From contig JBBRMD010000014.1 of assembly GCA_038231015.1 (NCBI GenBank), forward strand, positions 31,776 through 95,775: a stretch of DNA of 64,000 nt, in the 5' to 3' direction. Position 1 is the stretch's first letter. Every line of letters starts with the position of its first letter. Positions 36,560 through 46,500 of the stretch are shown here, one piece after another. Origin of the DNA: Candidatus Obscuribacterales bacterium (GTDB taxonomy: Bacteria; Cyanobacteriota; Vampirovibrionia; Obscuribacterales; Obscuribacteraceae). Both the position numbers and the translations under genes were made by a program. The notes beneath the pieces are model-generated. The model saw only the letters and a program-made list of their open reading frames with translations. It ran no database searches and had not been told where the DNA came from.

Positions 36560-38719
36560 TTATTCCAACTTAAACCACTCTGCTGGCGACTCGCCGCCAA
36601 ACGCCTGGGGATTGACTCTACTGCCCTCCGTAACAATTTTTATTGTTCGGCCTGGATGCTCTTCATGTATTTTCTTTATTCCTTCTTTGGTCACTGCTGT
36701 GCCGCTGACGTCGATTCTAGTCAGCTTAGGTAAATTGCAGAGAAAGGCCAGAGTCTCATCGTTGACTCCGCTGGCTTGCAGATCTATGAAATCAAGGTTC
36801 TTGCAGTCAGCAAGCAACTTGGCATACTTCATCGTAAACACTTGATCGGGGTTTTCTATAGACAGTCTCTCCAAGCTCTCTGAGCCTTTAAGGGCAGTGA
36901 GAAGCTGGAAAGTATCTTTGTTGAAGTTTGACTGAAGCTCAGTTAGGTCTTTCAGGCCTTTAAACTTGGCCAAGCCACTACCCGTGATATTGGTTGTAGA
37001 AACGTTGAGATAGCGAAGGTTCGGGAGTTGGTTAAGATAAGGAATTATTGAATCGTTGCACTCAGTTGATTTTAAACGCAGATGCACGAGACTTTTAAGC
37101 TTTGCTATGTGGGGCATCAAAAGATTGCCGTCAACAAATTTGGCCATTACTTCAGGCAGGCTGAATGCATACAAGTCAGTTGGTCTAAAGAAATCAATCA
37201 AGTTAGGATGAGCGCAGAGATACTCATTGGCCTCGAAAGAAACTCGGCCATTGATTTTGAGGACAACCCTTCCTTTTGCTTCTTGGCGCACCTTCATTAA
37301 TAAATTACCGATTCGTCCTATCGATTGATCAAATGGGAAGTCAAACATAATCGACCTGCCGCTGTTAATCTCAGTTGAGTAAAACTCTAAAGTTTCGCTG
37401 CTTAATTTTGATACTACAGCTGGTGTTATAGTCGCTGCAGTCGCACTAACCGTGGCCAACTCCTTTTCTTTGGCCGCCGCTGTGCCTGGCAGAATAGGAG
37501 TAACTAGTTTTGCCTGTCTTGCTGTGTAGACTTGTATAACAGTAACTATAGTGATTACCGCACCGAAAACTAATAGGAGGCCCGTTATGGCAAAGGTATT
37601 GAGCTTAGTTTGAACTGGCTTGACTATTTGAATTTCTTCTTCTTCATCGATGATCGCTTCGCTATTCTCACCATAGCGCTCAAGATCTATAAAAGGCGAT
37701 GTATTGATTTCTTCTCCGGCAAGTATCTTCTCTAAGTCGCTTCCGACTTTCTCTAAGTTTGGATAGCGATTCATCGGCGCCTTGGCCAGCATTGTGGCAA
37801 TTAGATGTTCCATCGAATCAGGAAAATCAATGCCACTGGCTTGTTTAAGAGTTGGTGGAGTGTCTTGGCTATGCATGAGCATAGTGGCGATTTTGTTCTC
37901 CCCTCTAAACGGTACTCGTCCTGTAAGCGTTTCGAAAAAGGTACAACCGAGCGAATAGATATCTGAGCGGGCATCAGTCTTTCCACCCTCACATTGCTCT
38001 GGACTCATGTAGAGTGGGCTGCCGAAGATTTCGCCTTTTGTAGTAAGTTTTTGATTGTCTGGATCGACAGTGCCGGCTAGTTTTGCGATGCCAAAGTCGA
38101 CTAGTTTTACAGAAGCACCAGTCGCATCTGCTTGATCGAGTATGACAATATTGCCTGGTTTTACATCGCGGTGCACTATCCCTTTTTTATGGGCAAAACC
38201 AAGACCGTCACAGATTTCGATAAACATTGGCAGGCTATCATTTAGGCTAAGTGACTTAGTGCGTTTTAAAATTTGCGCTAGGTTACTGCCTTGCAAAAAA
38301 TCCATGACGTAGTAGGGGATTTTTCCTTCGTGAAGACCCAAGTTGTGAATGCCAACGATATTTGCGTGATTGATTCGAGCGATGGCTTGGGCCTCTACCT
38401 GCAGCCTCCGCCAAGAAATTTCAGACACCTGTTCGCTATCTATGGTCTTCATTGCATAGATTTTCTGGAGAATAGTATGCTTCACTTTATAAACATAGCC
38501 CATGCCACCAACCCCAATGAGATCGATGATCTTGTAGTTTTCGCCGACTACATCTCCAGCCTGAAACTTGCCATCTGAAACGTAGGCTCTTGCGACCACT
38601 TGAGGCTGCTCATTTTGATCGGCCACCGTACGCGTTTGATCTTGACCTTCAAAGTCTGATTGTTTTACTGTGCGTTGAGTTTCTTCTGGGTTCATTGCAT
38701 CCAACCTTCGACTTAGCAT
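36560..38719 (-). CDS. receptor-like Ser/Thr protein kinase: Hanks kinase, TM, FDFP module, leucine-rich repeats (paralog 4 of 4 in transcription order)
   Basis: GVGGMGYVYKV, AMK, HRDVKPGN, DFG, SPLYMSPEQ. TM is FAITGLLLVFGAVITIVTVIQVY. C-terminal LRRs include LPNLRYLNVSTTNITGSGLAKFKGLKDLTEL. Confidence 0.9.
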   Translation of the reverse strand: MLSRRLDAMNPEETQRTVKQSDFEGQDQTRTVADQNEQPQVVARAYVSDGKFQAGDVVGENYKIIDLIGVGGMGYVYKVKHTILQKIYAMKTIDSEQVSEISWRRLQVEAQAIARINHANIVGIHNLGLHEGKIPYYVMDFLQGSNLAQILKRTKSLSLNDSLPMFIEICDGLGFAHKKGIVHRDVKPGNIVILDQADATGASVKLVDFGIAKLAGTVDPDNQKLTTKGEIFGSPLYMSPEQCEGGKTDARSDIYSLGCTFFETLTGRVPFRGENKIATMLMHSQDTPPTLKQASGIDFPDSMEHLIATMLAKAPMNRYPNLEKVGSDLEKILAGEEINTSPFIDLERYGENSEAIIDEEEEIQIVKPVQTKLNTFAITGLLLVFGAVITIVTVIQVYTARQAKLVTPILPGTAAAKEKELATVSATAATITPAVVSKLSSETLEFYSTEINSGRSIMFDFPFDQSIGRIGNLLMKVRQEAKGRVVLKINGRVSFEANEYLCAHPNLIDFFRPTDLYAFSLPEVMAKFVDGNLLMPHIAKLKSLVHLRLKSTECNDSIIPYLNQLPNLRYLNVSTTNITGSGLAKFKGLKDLTELQSNFNKDTFQLLTALKGSESLERLSIENPDQVFTMKYAKLLADCKNLDFIDLQASGVNDETLAFLCNLPKLTRIDVSGTAVTKEGIKKIHEEHPGRTIKIVTEGSRVNPQAFGGESPAEWFKLE

Positions 38720-38725
38720 TATGCC

Positions 38726-40831
38726 TTATTTGGGTAGCAGCCAGTTGGCCGGATCTTCTCCGCCGAAAGAGTTTTCTAGGCTTGTTCTCACTGCTTTCGC
38801 CTGAACGATTTTTACATGGGCGTGAGCTTTTCGCAATTTTGCCACCACTTCAGCTGTGACCGGGCAAGATGTTATTGCCAGATAATTTAGATTAGGTGCT
38901 GTTGTAATTATTTCAAGGACTTTATCGTCGGCTGTTGAACCTTCAATATCTAAATGTTTCAGATTTTTGCAGCTTGCTAGTAGGTGAGCTACTTCTTCAT
39001 CAATTGTTTGACCCTCTAAATAGAGGGTATCGATTGCTGTTGAGCCAGCCAAGGCTTTCATAAGATCTTTGCCGTCATTGTTGTGACTGAATGAAATCGA
39101 TTGGAGATTTTTCAATTGCGGCAATTTGCCCAGACCAGCGCCAGTTATGTCTGTGTTGTTCGCCCTGAAATTTTGGAGACTGGTGATCTTGCTGATTTCT
39201 TCTAAGCAACCGTCTGAGGCGTTGCTGACATTTAAGTTGAGTTGTTTCAAACCTGTCAATTTAGCGATATAGGGTATCGCTAAATTGACATCAACTTCTT
39301 GACCATTATCTACGTCGGTTACTAGTGACGATTCTGGTGTTGTTACTGAATACAGATCGTCTGATCTAAACGAATTAAAACATTCAGGATGAGCCATTGC
39401 GTATGCATTTGGATAGAAATAAAGATTCTGATTCTTCTTGAAAGTCAATTTGCCTTGCGCCGGTCTGCCATTGGTATTGCGCATGTTAAGAGCGATATCG
39501 CCGATTGATTGTTTCTCTGGGAAATCGAATTGAATAGAGCCGTTGGTCAATATGTGCGAATATTTTTCAGCCGGCGTCTGTGTTTGTTTGACTGCGAGCG
39601 CTTTTGTCGCTACTGCTGTGGTCGAATCGATAGTTCGTTGGTTGGTAAAGTAGACGGTTATTGTCACCAAAGAAGCCACCAATAAACTCGCTAATATGGC
39701 CACCTTTCGCGGCGTAATGCTTTCAATTGCCTGTATTGTTTTCGTTCCAACTGCCGATGACTTAGATCCTTTGTCACTATCGTCTAGGAGGAGATTTGCA
39801 ATTCCGTGGGCATTGAATGGTTTAGCCGATATCTCGCGCCCTTCCAAAATGTTTTGCAGGTCTTCGCTGACTTTCTCAAGGTTGGGATAGCGATTCATTG
39901 GCTCCTTTGCGAGCAAGGTCGCCACGAGGTCTTCCATCGAGTCAGGAAAGTCTAAACCACTGGCTTCGTACAAAGTTGGAGGGGCGGTTTGGCAGTGCAT
40001 GAGCATGGTTTCAACTGGAGTTTTTCCATGAAATGGTGCATCACTGGTGAGGGTTTCAAAGAAAGTGCAGCCCAGTGAATAAATGTCTGAGCGAGCGTCT
40101 ATGCGTTTGCCTTCGCACTGCTCAGGGCTCATGTAGAGCGGGCTGCCGAATACTTCACCGATGGTTGTCAGTTTCTGATTTTCAGGATCGATAGTGCCAG
40201 CTAATTTGGCGATGCCGAAATCTACAATTTTTACTCTGGCACCACTAAAATCAGGCTCATCTAAAATCACAATATTGCCTGGTTTAATGTCTCTGTGCAC
40301 AATCCCTTTTTTGTGTGCATAACCAAGACCATTGCAAATTTCAATAAAGATTGGCAAACTTTGCTCTAGTGTCAAATATCTCTTTTGCTGCAGTATCTCG
40401 GCAAGATTTGTGCCCTTGAGATAGTCCATTACATAGTAGGGCACTGAACCTTGGTTATTGTCGAAGGTATGAATGCCTAAGTTGTGGATGGCAACAATGT
40501 TGGGATGATTGATGCGAGCAATAGCTTGTGCTTCTACTTGTAGCCTGCGCCAGGCCATCTCAGAGACCTGCTCACCACTAATAGTTTTCATAGCATAGAT
40601 TTTCTCAAGAATGCGGTGGCGCACTTTGTAGACATAACCCATGCCGCCAACCCCGAGCAGCTCCATAATTATGTAATTCTCGCCAACGATATCGCCGGGT
40701 CTCAGTTTGTTGTCCGACAGGTATGGTCTGGCTGCAGATTCAGCTTGACCCTGACCAGCCGTTAGGCGCGTGCTATTTTGGACATCTTGGTCAGATGGTC
40801 CGAAAGTACCATGGAGATTGTCTTGGTCCAT
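38726..40831 (-). CDS. receptor-like Ser/Thr protein kinase with C-terminal LRR ectodomain (paralog 3)
   Basis: Same kinase motifs (HRDIKPGN, DFG, SPLYMSPEQ). TM is VAILASLLVASLVTITVYF. FDFPEKQSIG module followed by LRRs. Confidence 0.9.
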   Translation of the reverse strand: MDQDNLHGTFGPSDQDVQNSTRLTAGQGQAESAARPYLSDNKLRPGDIVGENYIIMELLGVGGMGYVYKVRHRILEKIYAMKTISGEQVSEMAWRRLQVEAQAIARINHPNIVAIHNLGIHTFDNNQGSVPYYVMDYLKGTNLAEILQQKRYLTLEQSLPIFIEICNGLGYAHKKGIVHRDIKPGNIVILDEPDFSGARVKIVDFGIAKLAGTIDPENQKLTTIGEVFGSPLYMSPEQCEGKRIDARSDIYSLGCTFFETLTSDAPFHGKTPVETMLMHCQTAPPTLYEASGLDFPDSMEDLVATLLAKEPMNRYPNLEKVSEDLQNILEGREISAKPFNAHGIANLLLDDSDKGSKSSAVGTKTIQAIESITPRKVAILASLLVASLVTITVYFTNQRTIDSTTAVATKALAVKQTQTPAEKYSHILTNGSIQFDFPEKQSIGDIALNMRNTNGRPAQGKLTFKKNQNLYFYPNAYAMAHPECFNSFRSDDLYSVTTPESSLVTDVDNGQEVDVNLAIPYIAKLTGLKQLNLNVSNASDGCLEEISKITSLQNFRANNTDITGAGLGKLPQLKNLQSISFSHNNDGKDLMKALAGSTAIDTLYLEGQTIDEEVAHLLASCKNLKHLDIEGSTADDKVLEIITTAPNLNYLAITSCPVTAEVVAKLRKAHAHVKIVQAKAVRTSLENSFGGEDPANWLLPK

Positions 40832-40887
40832 TTGTAGTAACCGCTGCTTAGCTTAAGCATTATGCCCAGAAACGAGCAAAATTGGCC

Positions 40888-42972
40888 CTATTTCAGCAAG
40901 GCGGCATTGAGTTTCTGCTGACAGGCAGAGGTCCACATTCGGCTCTGAATCGCCACAGACTTTAGTGCTTTCATCTTTTTGAACGATTTAATGGCTCTCT
41001 CGTCGATAGCGCCATCGACCGAGGTAAATTGTATGAGTTTTGGTAGCTTACACAGCGCCTCAATGGCCTCGTTATTGGCGCCGGGACCGCCAATTTCTAA
41101 AATTTCCAGATTGGGCATGGTCGCCAGATAGCCGATGTCTTCTTTGGTTAGAGCACCGTCGCTCAAAGAGTTAACCTTGAACCAGAGCATTTTTTTGCTG
41201 CCAGCCATGGCTTTTAGAAGCGGGGTGATCTGGCGGCAAGATGTGAAATCAATATTGATCAACTGCTTCATGTAAGGAAGCTTTGCTACCTCCGTGCCAT
41301 TGGCGTTGGTGGCGCTCAAGTCGAGGTGGTTTAGATTAGTAAACTGTCCAAGAATTCTAATATCGCTATCTTTTAACTGGGTGCAATTGGCCAAGCTTAG
41401 GCTGTTTAACTTGTCTAAGTGCGACATGTTTTTGAGGGCGGCAGTGATGTCGCTCATTATTGGCTTTGGTGAGGGAATGAAGGCATCATTATCTGGTGCT
41501 TTACCATCGGCGATATAGCGCAGGGCAATGCCATAAAAATCGCCATTTTTGAAGGCCCTAAAGTTCTCAGGATGGGTCATCATTGTGCTGTACGATGTGA
41601 AGACTAATTTTGTCTCTATTGGAAATTCAAGACGGCCTGAAGCTCGCCAGTCTCCCCTTCCTTTCGATTCGCTGTGAATTAGGCCGAGGCTAACTTTGGG
41701 GAATTGAAAAACCTTTATAACTTCTTTTCCCTTGCGTACATAGCTGCACACTGGGCTAGTTATGACACTTTGAGCGACTTTATTAACATTAGGAAGTGTG
41801 GCATTGTCTGCCGAGCTCTTGCTTTCTACTTTGCTTGTGCTGAGGTCTTCTCGTCCTACAAAGAGTCTTGTCAGTGATGGCAGGTTGGTGCTTCCGCCGA
41901 TTGCTAGTACGGCGAGAGCAGCAACCAAGAGAGTGCCAACTGAAATTGCCACCACGATTACTGCTATGTTGCTTCGAAGTTGACCAGAATTGCCGTCTAC
42001 TTTTGAAGAGGTGAGGTCAGCACTGATTTCTTCAAGGTCTTCCACTACTGCTGCTAAGTTTTGATAGCGTTCGCGTGGTTTCTTCGCTAGCATTTTTGCT
42101 AGTACCATATCTAGTGCTTCCGGAAAATGCTGTGATTTGCTGGCTTTTTCAGCTAGAGTTGGTGCCGGTTCACCTTGATGCATCATCATTGTTTGCATGG
42201 CATTGCTGCCGCGAAATGGTGGTTGTCCAGTCAGAGTCTCAAACAGCGTACAACCGAGAGCGTAGACGTCTGAGCGAGCATCGCAACGCTCTGACAAGCA
42301 TTGTTCGGGACTCATGTAGAGCGGACTGCCGAAAATTTCGCCCATTGAAGTAATGTTTTGATTGTTGGGATCGGCTGTGCCTGCTAGTTTAGCAATGCCG
42401 AAGTCGACTACCTTTACTTTGGCACCAGTCGAATCTGCTGATTTCAGCAGTATGATATTTCCTGGTTTGATGTCGCGATGAATGATCCCTTTTTTGTGTG
42501 CATAGTTAAGTCCGAGCGCGACTTCTGTAAAAATTTCCAATGTTTCTTTTAGCGGAAGCGAGCCGCGCGAGGCAAGCTTTTGCGCCAAGCTCGTGCCCTT
42601 TAACAGGTCCATTACGTAGAAAGGACGCCCGTTTTCGATACCAAAATTGTGGATGCCGACAATGTTAGGGTGATTCATGCGGGCAATGGCCTGAGCTTCA
42701 ATCTGCATGCGGCGCCAAACTGTTTCTGTTAATTGCTCTGCTCTAATTGTTTTAACAGCATAGACTTTATGGAGAATTTGGTGGCGTGCTTCGTAAACAT
42801 AGCCCATGCCACCAACACCAATAAGGCGAATAACCTCGTAGTCGCCAATCAAATCACCAGGGCTCAACTCATAATTGTCTAATGCGGCAAAATTGAGCTC
42901 ATTGCTTTCACTCAGCCTTGTTTTGGCATCGTCATCAGCGTAATCTTGGTCGCTAGTGTCTGAGTTTTTCAC
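40888..42972 (-). CDS. receptor-like Ser/Thr protein kinase with C-terminal LRR ectodomain (paralog 2)
   Basis: Kinase motifs as above. TM is IAVIVVAISVGTLLVAALAVLAIG. FQFPKVSLG module followed by LRRs. Confidence 0.9.
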   Translation of the reverse strand: MKNSDTSDQDYADDDAKTRLSESNELNFAALDNYELSPGDLIGDYEVIRLIGVGGMGYVYEARHQILHKVYAVKTIRAEQLTETVWRRMQIEAQAIARMNHPNIVGIHNFGIENGRPFYVMDLLKGTSLAQKLASRGSLPLKETLEIFTEVALGLNYAHKKGIIHRDIKPGNIILLKSADSTGAKVKVVDFGIAKLAGTADPNNQNITSMGEIFGSPLYMSPEQCLSERCDARSDVYALGCTLFETLTGQPPFRGSNAMQTMMMHQGEPAPTLAEKASKSQHFPEALDMVLAKMLAKKPRERYQNLAAVVEDLEEISADLTSSKVDGNSGQLRSNIAVIVVAISVGTLLVAALAVLAIGGSTNLPSLTRLFVGREDLSTSKVESKSSADNATLPNVNKVAQSVITSPVCSYVRKGKEVIKVFQFPKVSLGLIHSESKGRGDWRASGRLEFPIETKLVFTSYSTMMTHPENFRAFKNGDFYGIALRYIADGKAPDNDAFIPSPKPIMSDITAALKNMSHLDKLNSLSLANCTQLKDSDIRILGQFTNLNHLDLSATNANGTEVAKLPYMKQLINIDFTSCRQITPLLKAMAGSKKMLWFKVNSLSDGALTKEDIGYLATMPNLEILEIGGPGANNEAIEALCKLPKLIQFTSVDGAIDERAIKSFKKMKALKSVAIQSRMWTSACQQKLNAALLK

Positions 42973-42995
42973 AGCTGCCTATGATAGCGCCCCAG

Positions 42996-45281
42996 TTACT
43001 CGTCTAAGACAACCGTATTGATTCTGGGAAACTGTTTCTTCAGCAATTCTTGGCAGCGTAGGTTCCAGGTAGCACATTCAAAATCAGCGCATTCAAGGCC
43101 CTTTATTTTGGCGAGAGACTTGAGGGAGGCTTCACTTATTTTATTTGAATGAGCGTAAAGCATTTTCAGATGTGGCAAGGTGGCCAGTATCGCTATGCTT
43201 TCATCGTCAAGATTGCAATCGTCTAAGTCAAGCCTGATCAGGTTCTTACAGCTAGCAATCAGCTTTACGTCATCTAAACTAAGAAGGTGACCGCGAGGGC
43301 GGTCAAGGCCTAGATTGACTAGTTTTTTTGAACCAGCTATGGCTTTGAGAAGAGTACTCACCTTAACACCCTCGCTGTAAGTTAACGAAGTAAGCTCTTT
43401 CAATCGGGCTAGTTTACTCAAGCCCCTGCCAGTAATGCTGGTGTCACTGGCGCGCAGCACTATCAAGTTGGGCAACTTATTCATCGGAGCAATGCATCTG
43501 TCATTTGCATTGGGGCAATCTGTTAAGTCTAGCTTTTTCAATCCACTCATATGCTGAATGTTTTTGAGTGCTAAGACCACATCGCTTTCATAGCTGTCAG
43601 GGAGGAGAAACTCACTGTTATTGTCATTGCTGCCTGCCTTCTGTGCCGGCATCGCCCGTTGAAAAAGGTGTATGCCATAAAGGTCGTCGGCCTTGAAGCG
43701 AGTAAAGTAGTGCACTTGGTCCATTAGCTGTGGTGAGGCCATTAATTCGAGTTTGGCGTTTACTGGATATTGTTTGGAGCCTTTAATTTGCCAATATTCT
43801 GTGCTGCCGTTGACAAAAATGCGACCCAAATAGTTATCAGATGGGAAGTCAAATTGTTTGACTGGTTTGCCCTCTTTATCTACAGTAAGATGACTAAAAG
43901 GTTTTTCCTCTTCTGGGCTTTTCTCTAGTGCCGGGGCCACAGTTGACTCGGCTTTTTCTTGAATCGGAACTTCAGCCTTAGTATCACTGGTGGTGCTGGC
44001 CGGTTTGCTCACTGCAGCCGCGTTTGACAGTAATACAGCTGGTTGTAATACGGCTGATTGTGATGCTGCTGGTACTGATAGGGCGCTGGCATTTTGCTTG
44101 TGATTTGTCTGGAAGAACCAAATGCCGGCAGCGACTAAAACAAGAACTGCTGCGGCAGTCGCTATAGCGATACCTATAGCAAAATTTTGAGCTGGTGATT
44201 TTTCTTCTGGTTCTTCTGGTGCAAAGAAGGTATGAGTATCAAACAATGCTTTAGTTTGAATTTCTCTGCCCGCAGCTAGCGATTGCAAATCTTCGGCTAC
44301 TCTTTCTAAACTTTGATAGCGGTCCATCGGGGCTTTTGCTAACAATTGATAGACCAATTCTTCAATTTCATCTGGAAAATCTTTGCCAGAGGCTGCACTC
44401 ATAGTTGGCGGTTCATGACTTTGATGCATGACCATGGTTTGTACTGGGTTGTTACCCCTGAAGGGCGGAAGGCCCACCAAAGATTCAAAGAGCGTGCAGC
44501 CTACCGAGTAGATGTCAGAGCGAGCGTCGATGCGCTTGCCCTCACATTGTTCGGGGCTCATATAATATGGGCTGCCAAAAACTTCGCCAACGCAGGTGAG
44601 GTTCTGGTTATCTGGATCGCTAGCTCCAGATAGCTTAGCAATGCCAAAATCTACGATTTTAACAGTGGCACCAGAGCTGTCAGGCTCTTTCAACAAGATG
44701 ATATTGCCTGGTTTAATGTCGCGGTGGATGATCCCTTTTTTGTGCGCATAGGCTAGCCCGCGGCAAACCTCGATAAAAATTGGTAGAGCTTGGGTCAGTG
44801 TGAGGCTGCCTCTTTTAAGGCGATCAGCCAAAGATTCTCCGTCAAGAAGGTCCATCACATAGTAGGGCAGGCGGTCTTCGTGTAGCCCCAAATTTTGAAT
44901 GCCGATAATGTTAGGGTGATTCATGCGAGCAATTGCTTGGGCTTCTACTTGCAAGCGCCGCCAGGCTATTTCGCTAACATGCTGAGAGCTGAGAGTCTTC
45001 ATGGCATATTGCTTCTGCAGAATGCGGTGGCGCACACGATAAACGTAGCCCATGCCGCCCACGCCTATGAGCGAGATAATTTCATAATTTTCGCCCACCA
45101 GGTCGAGAGCATGAAGTTTGCCGTCGTTCGGCCGCTCCGGCACGATAGTGACGTTAGCGTCTGCCATTCCCAAAAGTGAGCTATTGGTTAATCTTGTGCT
45201 GTCTTGGCAGTCAAGACTCAGATTAGGCCCTGGGTCTGTGTTAATGCCAGAATAGCTCTGGGATTGATCGTTTGGGTTCAT
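42996..45281 (-). CDS. receptor-like Ser/Thr protein kinase with C-terminal LRR ectodomain (paralog 1)
   Basis: Kinase motifs as above. TM is FAIGIAIATAAAVLVLVAAGIWFF. A long A/S/P linker, an FDFPSDNYLG module, then LRRs. Confidence 0.9.
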   Translation of the reverse strand: MNPNDQSQSYSGINTDPGPNLSLDCQDSTRLTNSSLLGMADANVTIVPERPNDGKLHALDLVGENYEIISLIGVGGMGYVYRVRHRILQKQYAMKTLSSQHVSEIAWRRLQVEAQAIARMNHPNIIGIQNLGLHEDRLPYYVMDLLDGESLADRLKRGSLTLTQALPIFIEVCRGLAYAHKKGIIHRDIKPGNIILLKEPDSSGATVKIVDFGIAKLSGASDPDNQNLTCVGEVFGSPYYMSPEQCEGKRIDARSDIYSVGCTLFESLVGLPPFRGNNPVQTMVMHQSHEPPTMSAASGKDFPDEIEELVYQLLAKAPMDRYQSLERVAEDLQSLAAGREIQTKALFDTHTFFAPEEPEEKSPAQNFAIGIAIATAAAVLVLVAAGIWFFQTNHKQNASALSVPAASQSAVLQPAVLLSNAAAVSKPASTTSDTKAEVPIQEKAESTVAPALEKSPEEEKPFSHLTVDKEGKPVKQFDFPSDNYLGRIFVNGSTEYWQIKGSKQYPVNAKLELMASPQLMDQVHYFTRFKADDLYGIHLFQRAMPAQKAGSNDNNSEFLLPDSYESDVVLALKNIQHMSGLKKLDLTDCPNANDRCIAPMNKLPNLIVLRASDTSITGRGLSKLARLKELTSLTYSEGVKVSTLLKAIAGSKKLVNLGLDRPRGHLLSLDDVKLIASCKNLIRLDLDDCNLDDESIAILATLPHLKMLYAHSNKISEASLKSLAKIKGLECADFECATWNLRCQELLKKQFPRINTVVLDE

Positions 45282-45360
45282 GTTTTAGGATTCCGGGATG
45301 CCAAATGCGGTTCTAGTTATATAGCTTTTGTATAGAAAAAACTGTATTCCAATATCATTG

Positions 45361-46500
45361 CTAAATATCTAGTTTTGCTATCTCACTTTTCAGAATGTCG
45401 GCATTACTTTCACAAAGATCTAGCAAAATCGCGGCCTGTTGCCAGTTTTGCTCTTTTAGTGCTCTTTTCATTTTGGGCAAGGTTTCGCCAAGCTCTTCTA
45501 CAGCTTGCTGTGCCTTTGTCGCCGTTGGGTAGTGTTTCTTAAGCAGGCTGGCCATTCTTGCCAAGTCTTCTTTCAAACTGGTTGATTCGCTTGCCGAAAG
45601 ATTAAAATTGGCCGAAAGCTCGCTCTCTTTTTTTGTCTGCGCACTGCTCTGAGCATGAGCTTCGTATTTTGATAGGGCTTGTGATTCGATTTGACCTAGG
45701 CGCAAGAATTTTTCTAAATTATTGCTATCGCCTTTCATATAAGCGTCAAGCGCAGATTGCAGGCCCTTTTCTAGTGAATGCATTTGCGAGCGAACTTGAT
45801 TTATTTGACTCAAGCCAGAAGATAAGGTCAGGCGAGAAAATGTGGTGGTTATTTGCCAGGCAAAGCTGTTCAGCGATCTGATTGCTTTGTTTGGGTGCTT
45901 TTTTGAATAGAGTTCATCGTTTGTCAGATGGCCATAGACAAATTGGGCCCACACCAGCCCACATTCGGCTAATTTTGTAGCCTCTTTATCACTATCTGCC
46001 TGGCCGTAGCTTTCGATGGCATCCTGCAAGGTTTGCACAACTTCCAGCAATCTTTCTTTGAGCCGACGATTGAGAGTGATTTTTTTGTACTCAACTACCA
46101 GTTTTATTTGGGTAATTGCTTCTACTAAAGTTTGAATGCTTTCTTCGCAACTGCCCTCGCTAAAATTTGGTGCGGGAGCTGTCAGCTGTGATAAGTCAGT
46201 CTTGCTGCTATTGAAGTGTCTTTTTGCCAGTTCTACGTGCAGAAGGCCGCGTCTAGAATGTTCTATGGCTTCTTCGTAATCGTCTAGAGTGACAGATTGC
46301 TTCGCTTTTTGGTAGGCCCGTCTAGCTTTATTGAGTCGTTGCAAAGAAAGTTGGCGATGGACGCCTTCGCTTTCTTGATCGCTGCTTTCATCGCTATGAA
46401 TACTTTCTTCAGCAATAGATTGAGAGAGCAGTGCTAGCAAGTCTTCTGCCACTGCTGCCGTCTGTTTCAAAGGTTTGTCGAAATCGAAATTATCTATCAT
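45361..46500 (-). CDS. all-helical hypothetical protein (379 aa) with an internally repeated helical-hairpin module
   Basis: Long ORF. The start overlaps the upstream stop (ATGA at 46497-46500). Recurrent (A/S)(I/L)(E/D)x(Y/H)...(L/A)xxxx(A/V) segments. No family recognised. Confidence 0.5.
   Translation of the reverse strand: MIDNFDFDKPLKQTAAVAEDLLALLSQSIAEESIHSDESSDQESEGVHRQLSLQRLNKARRAYQKAKQSVTLDDYEEAIEHSRRGLLHVELAKRHFNSSKTDLSQLTAPAPNFSEGSCEESIQTLVEAITQIKLVVEYKKITLNRRLKERLLEVVQTLQDAIESYGQADSDKEATKLAECGLVWAQFVYGHLTNDELYSKKHPNKAIRSLNSFAWQITTTFSRLTLSSGLSQINQVRSQMHSLEKGLQSALDAYMKGDSNNLEKFLRLGQIESQALSKYEAHAQSSAQTKKESELSANFNLSASESTSLKEDLARMASLLKKHYPTATKAQQAVEELGETLPKMKRALKEQNWQQAAILLDLCESNADILKSEIAKLDI

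Noticed and set aside
46237-46254. RRGLLH in the 379-aa helical protein, which matches a bare Rx4H HEPN-like pattern.
   Set aside because: It is a single short pattern without the usual polar residue after the Arg and without other HEPN context. It is too weak to call a nuclease domain.
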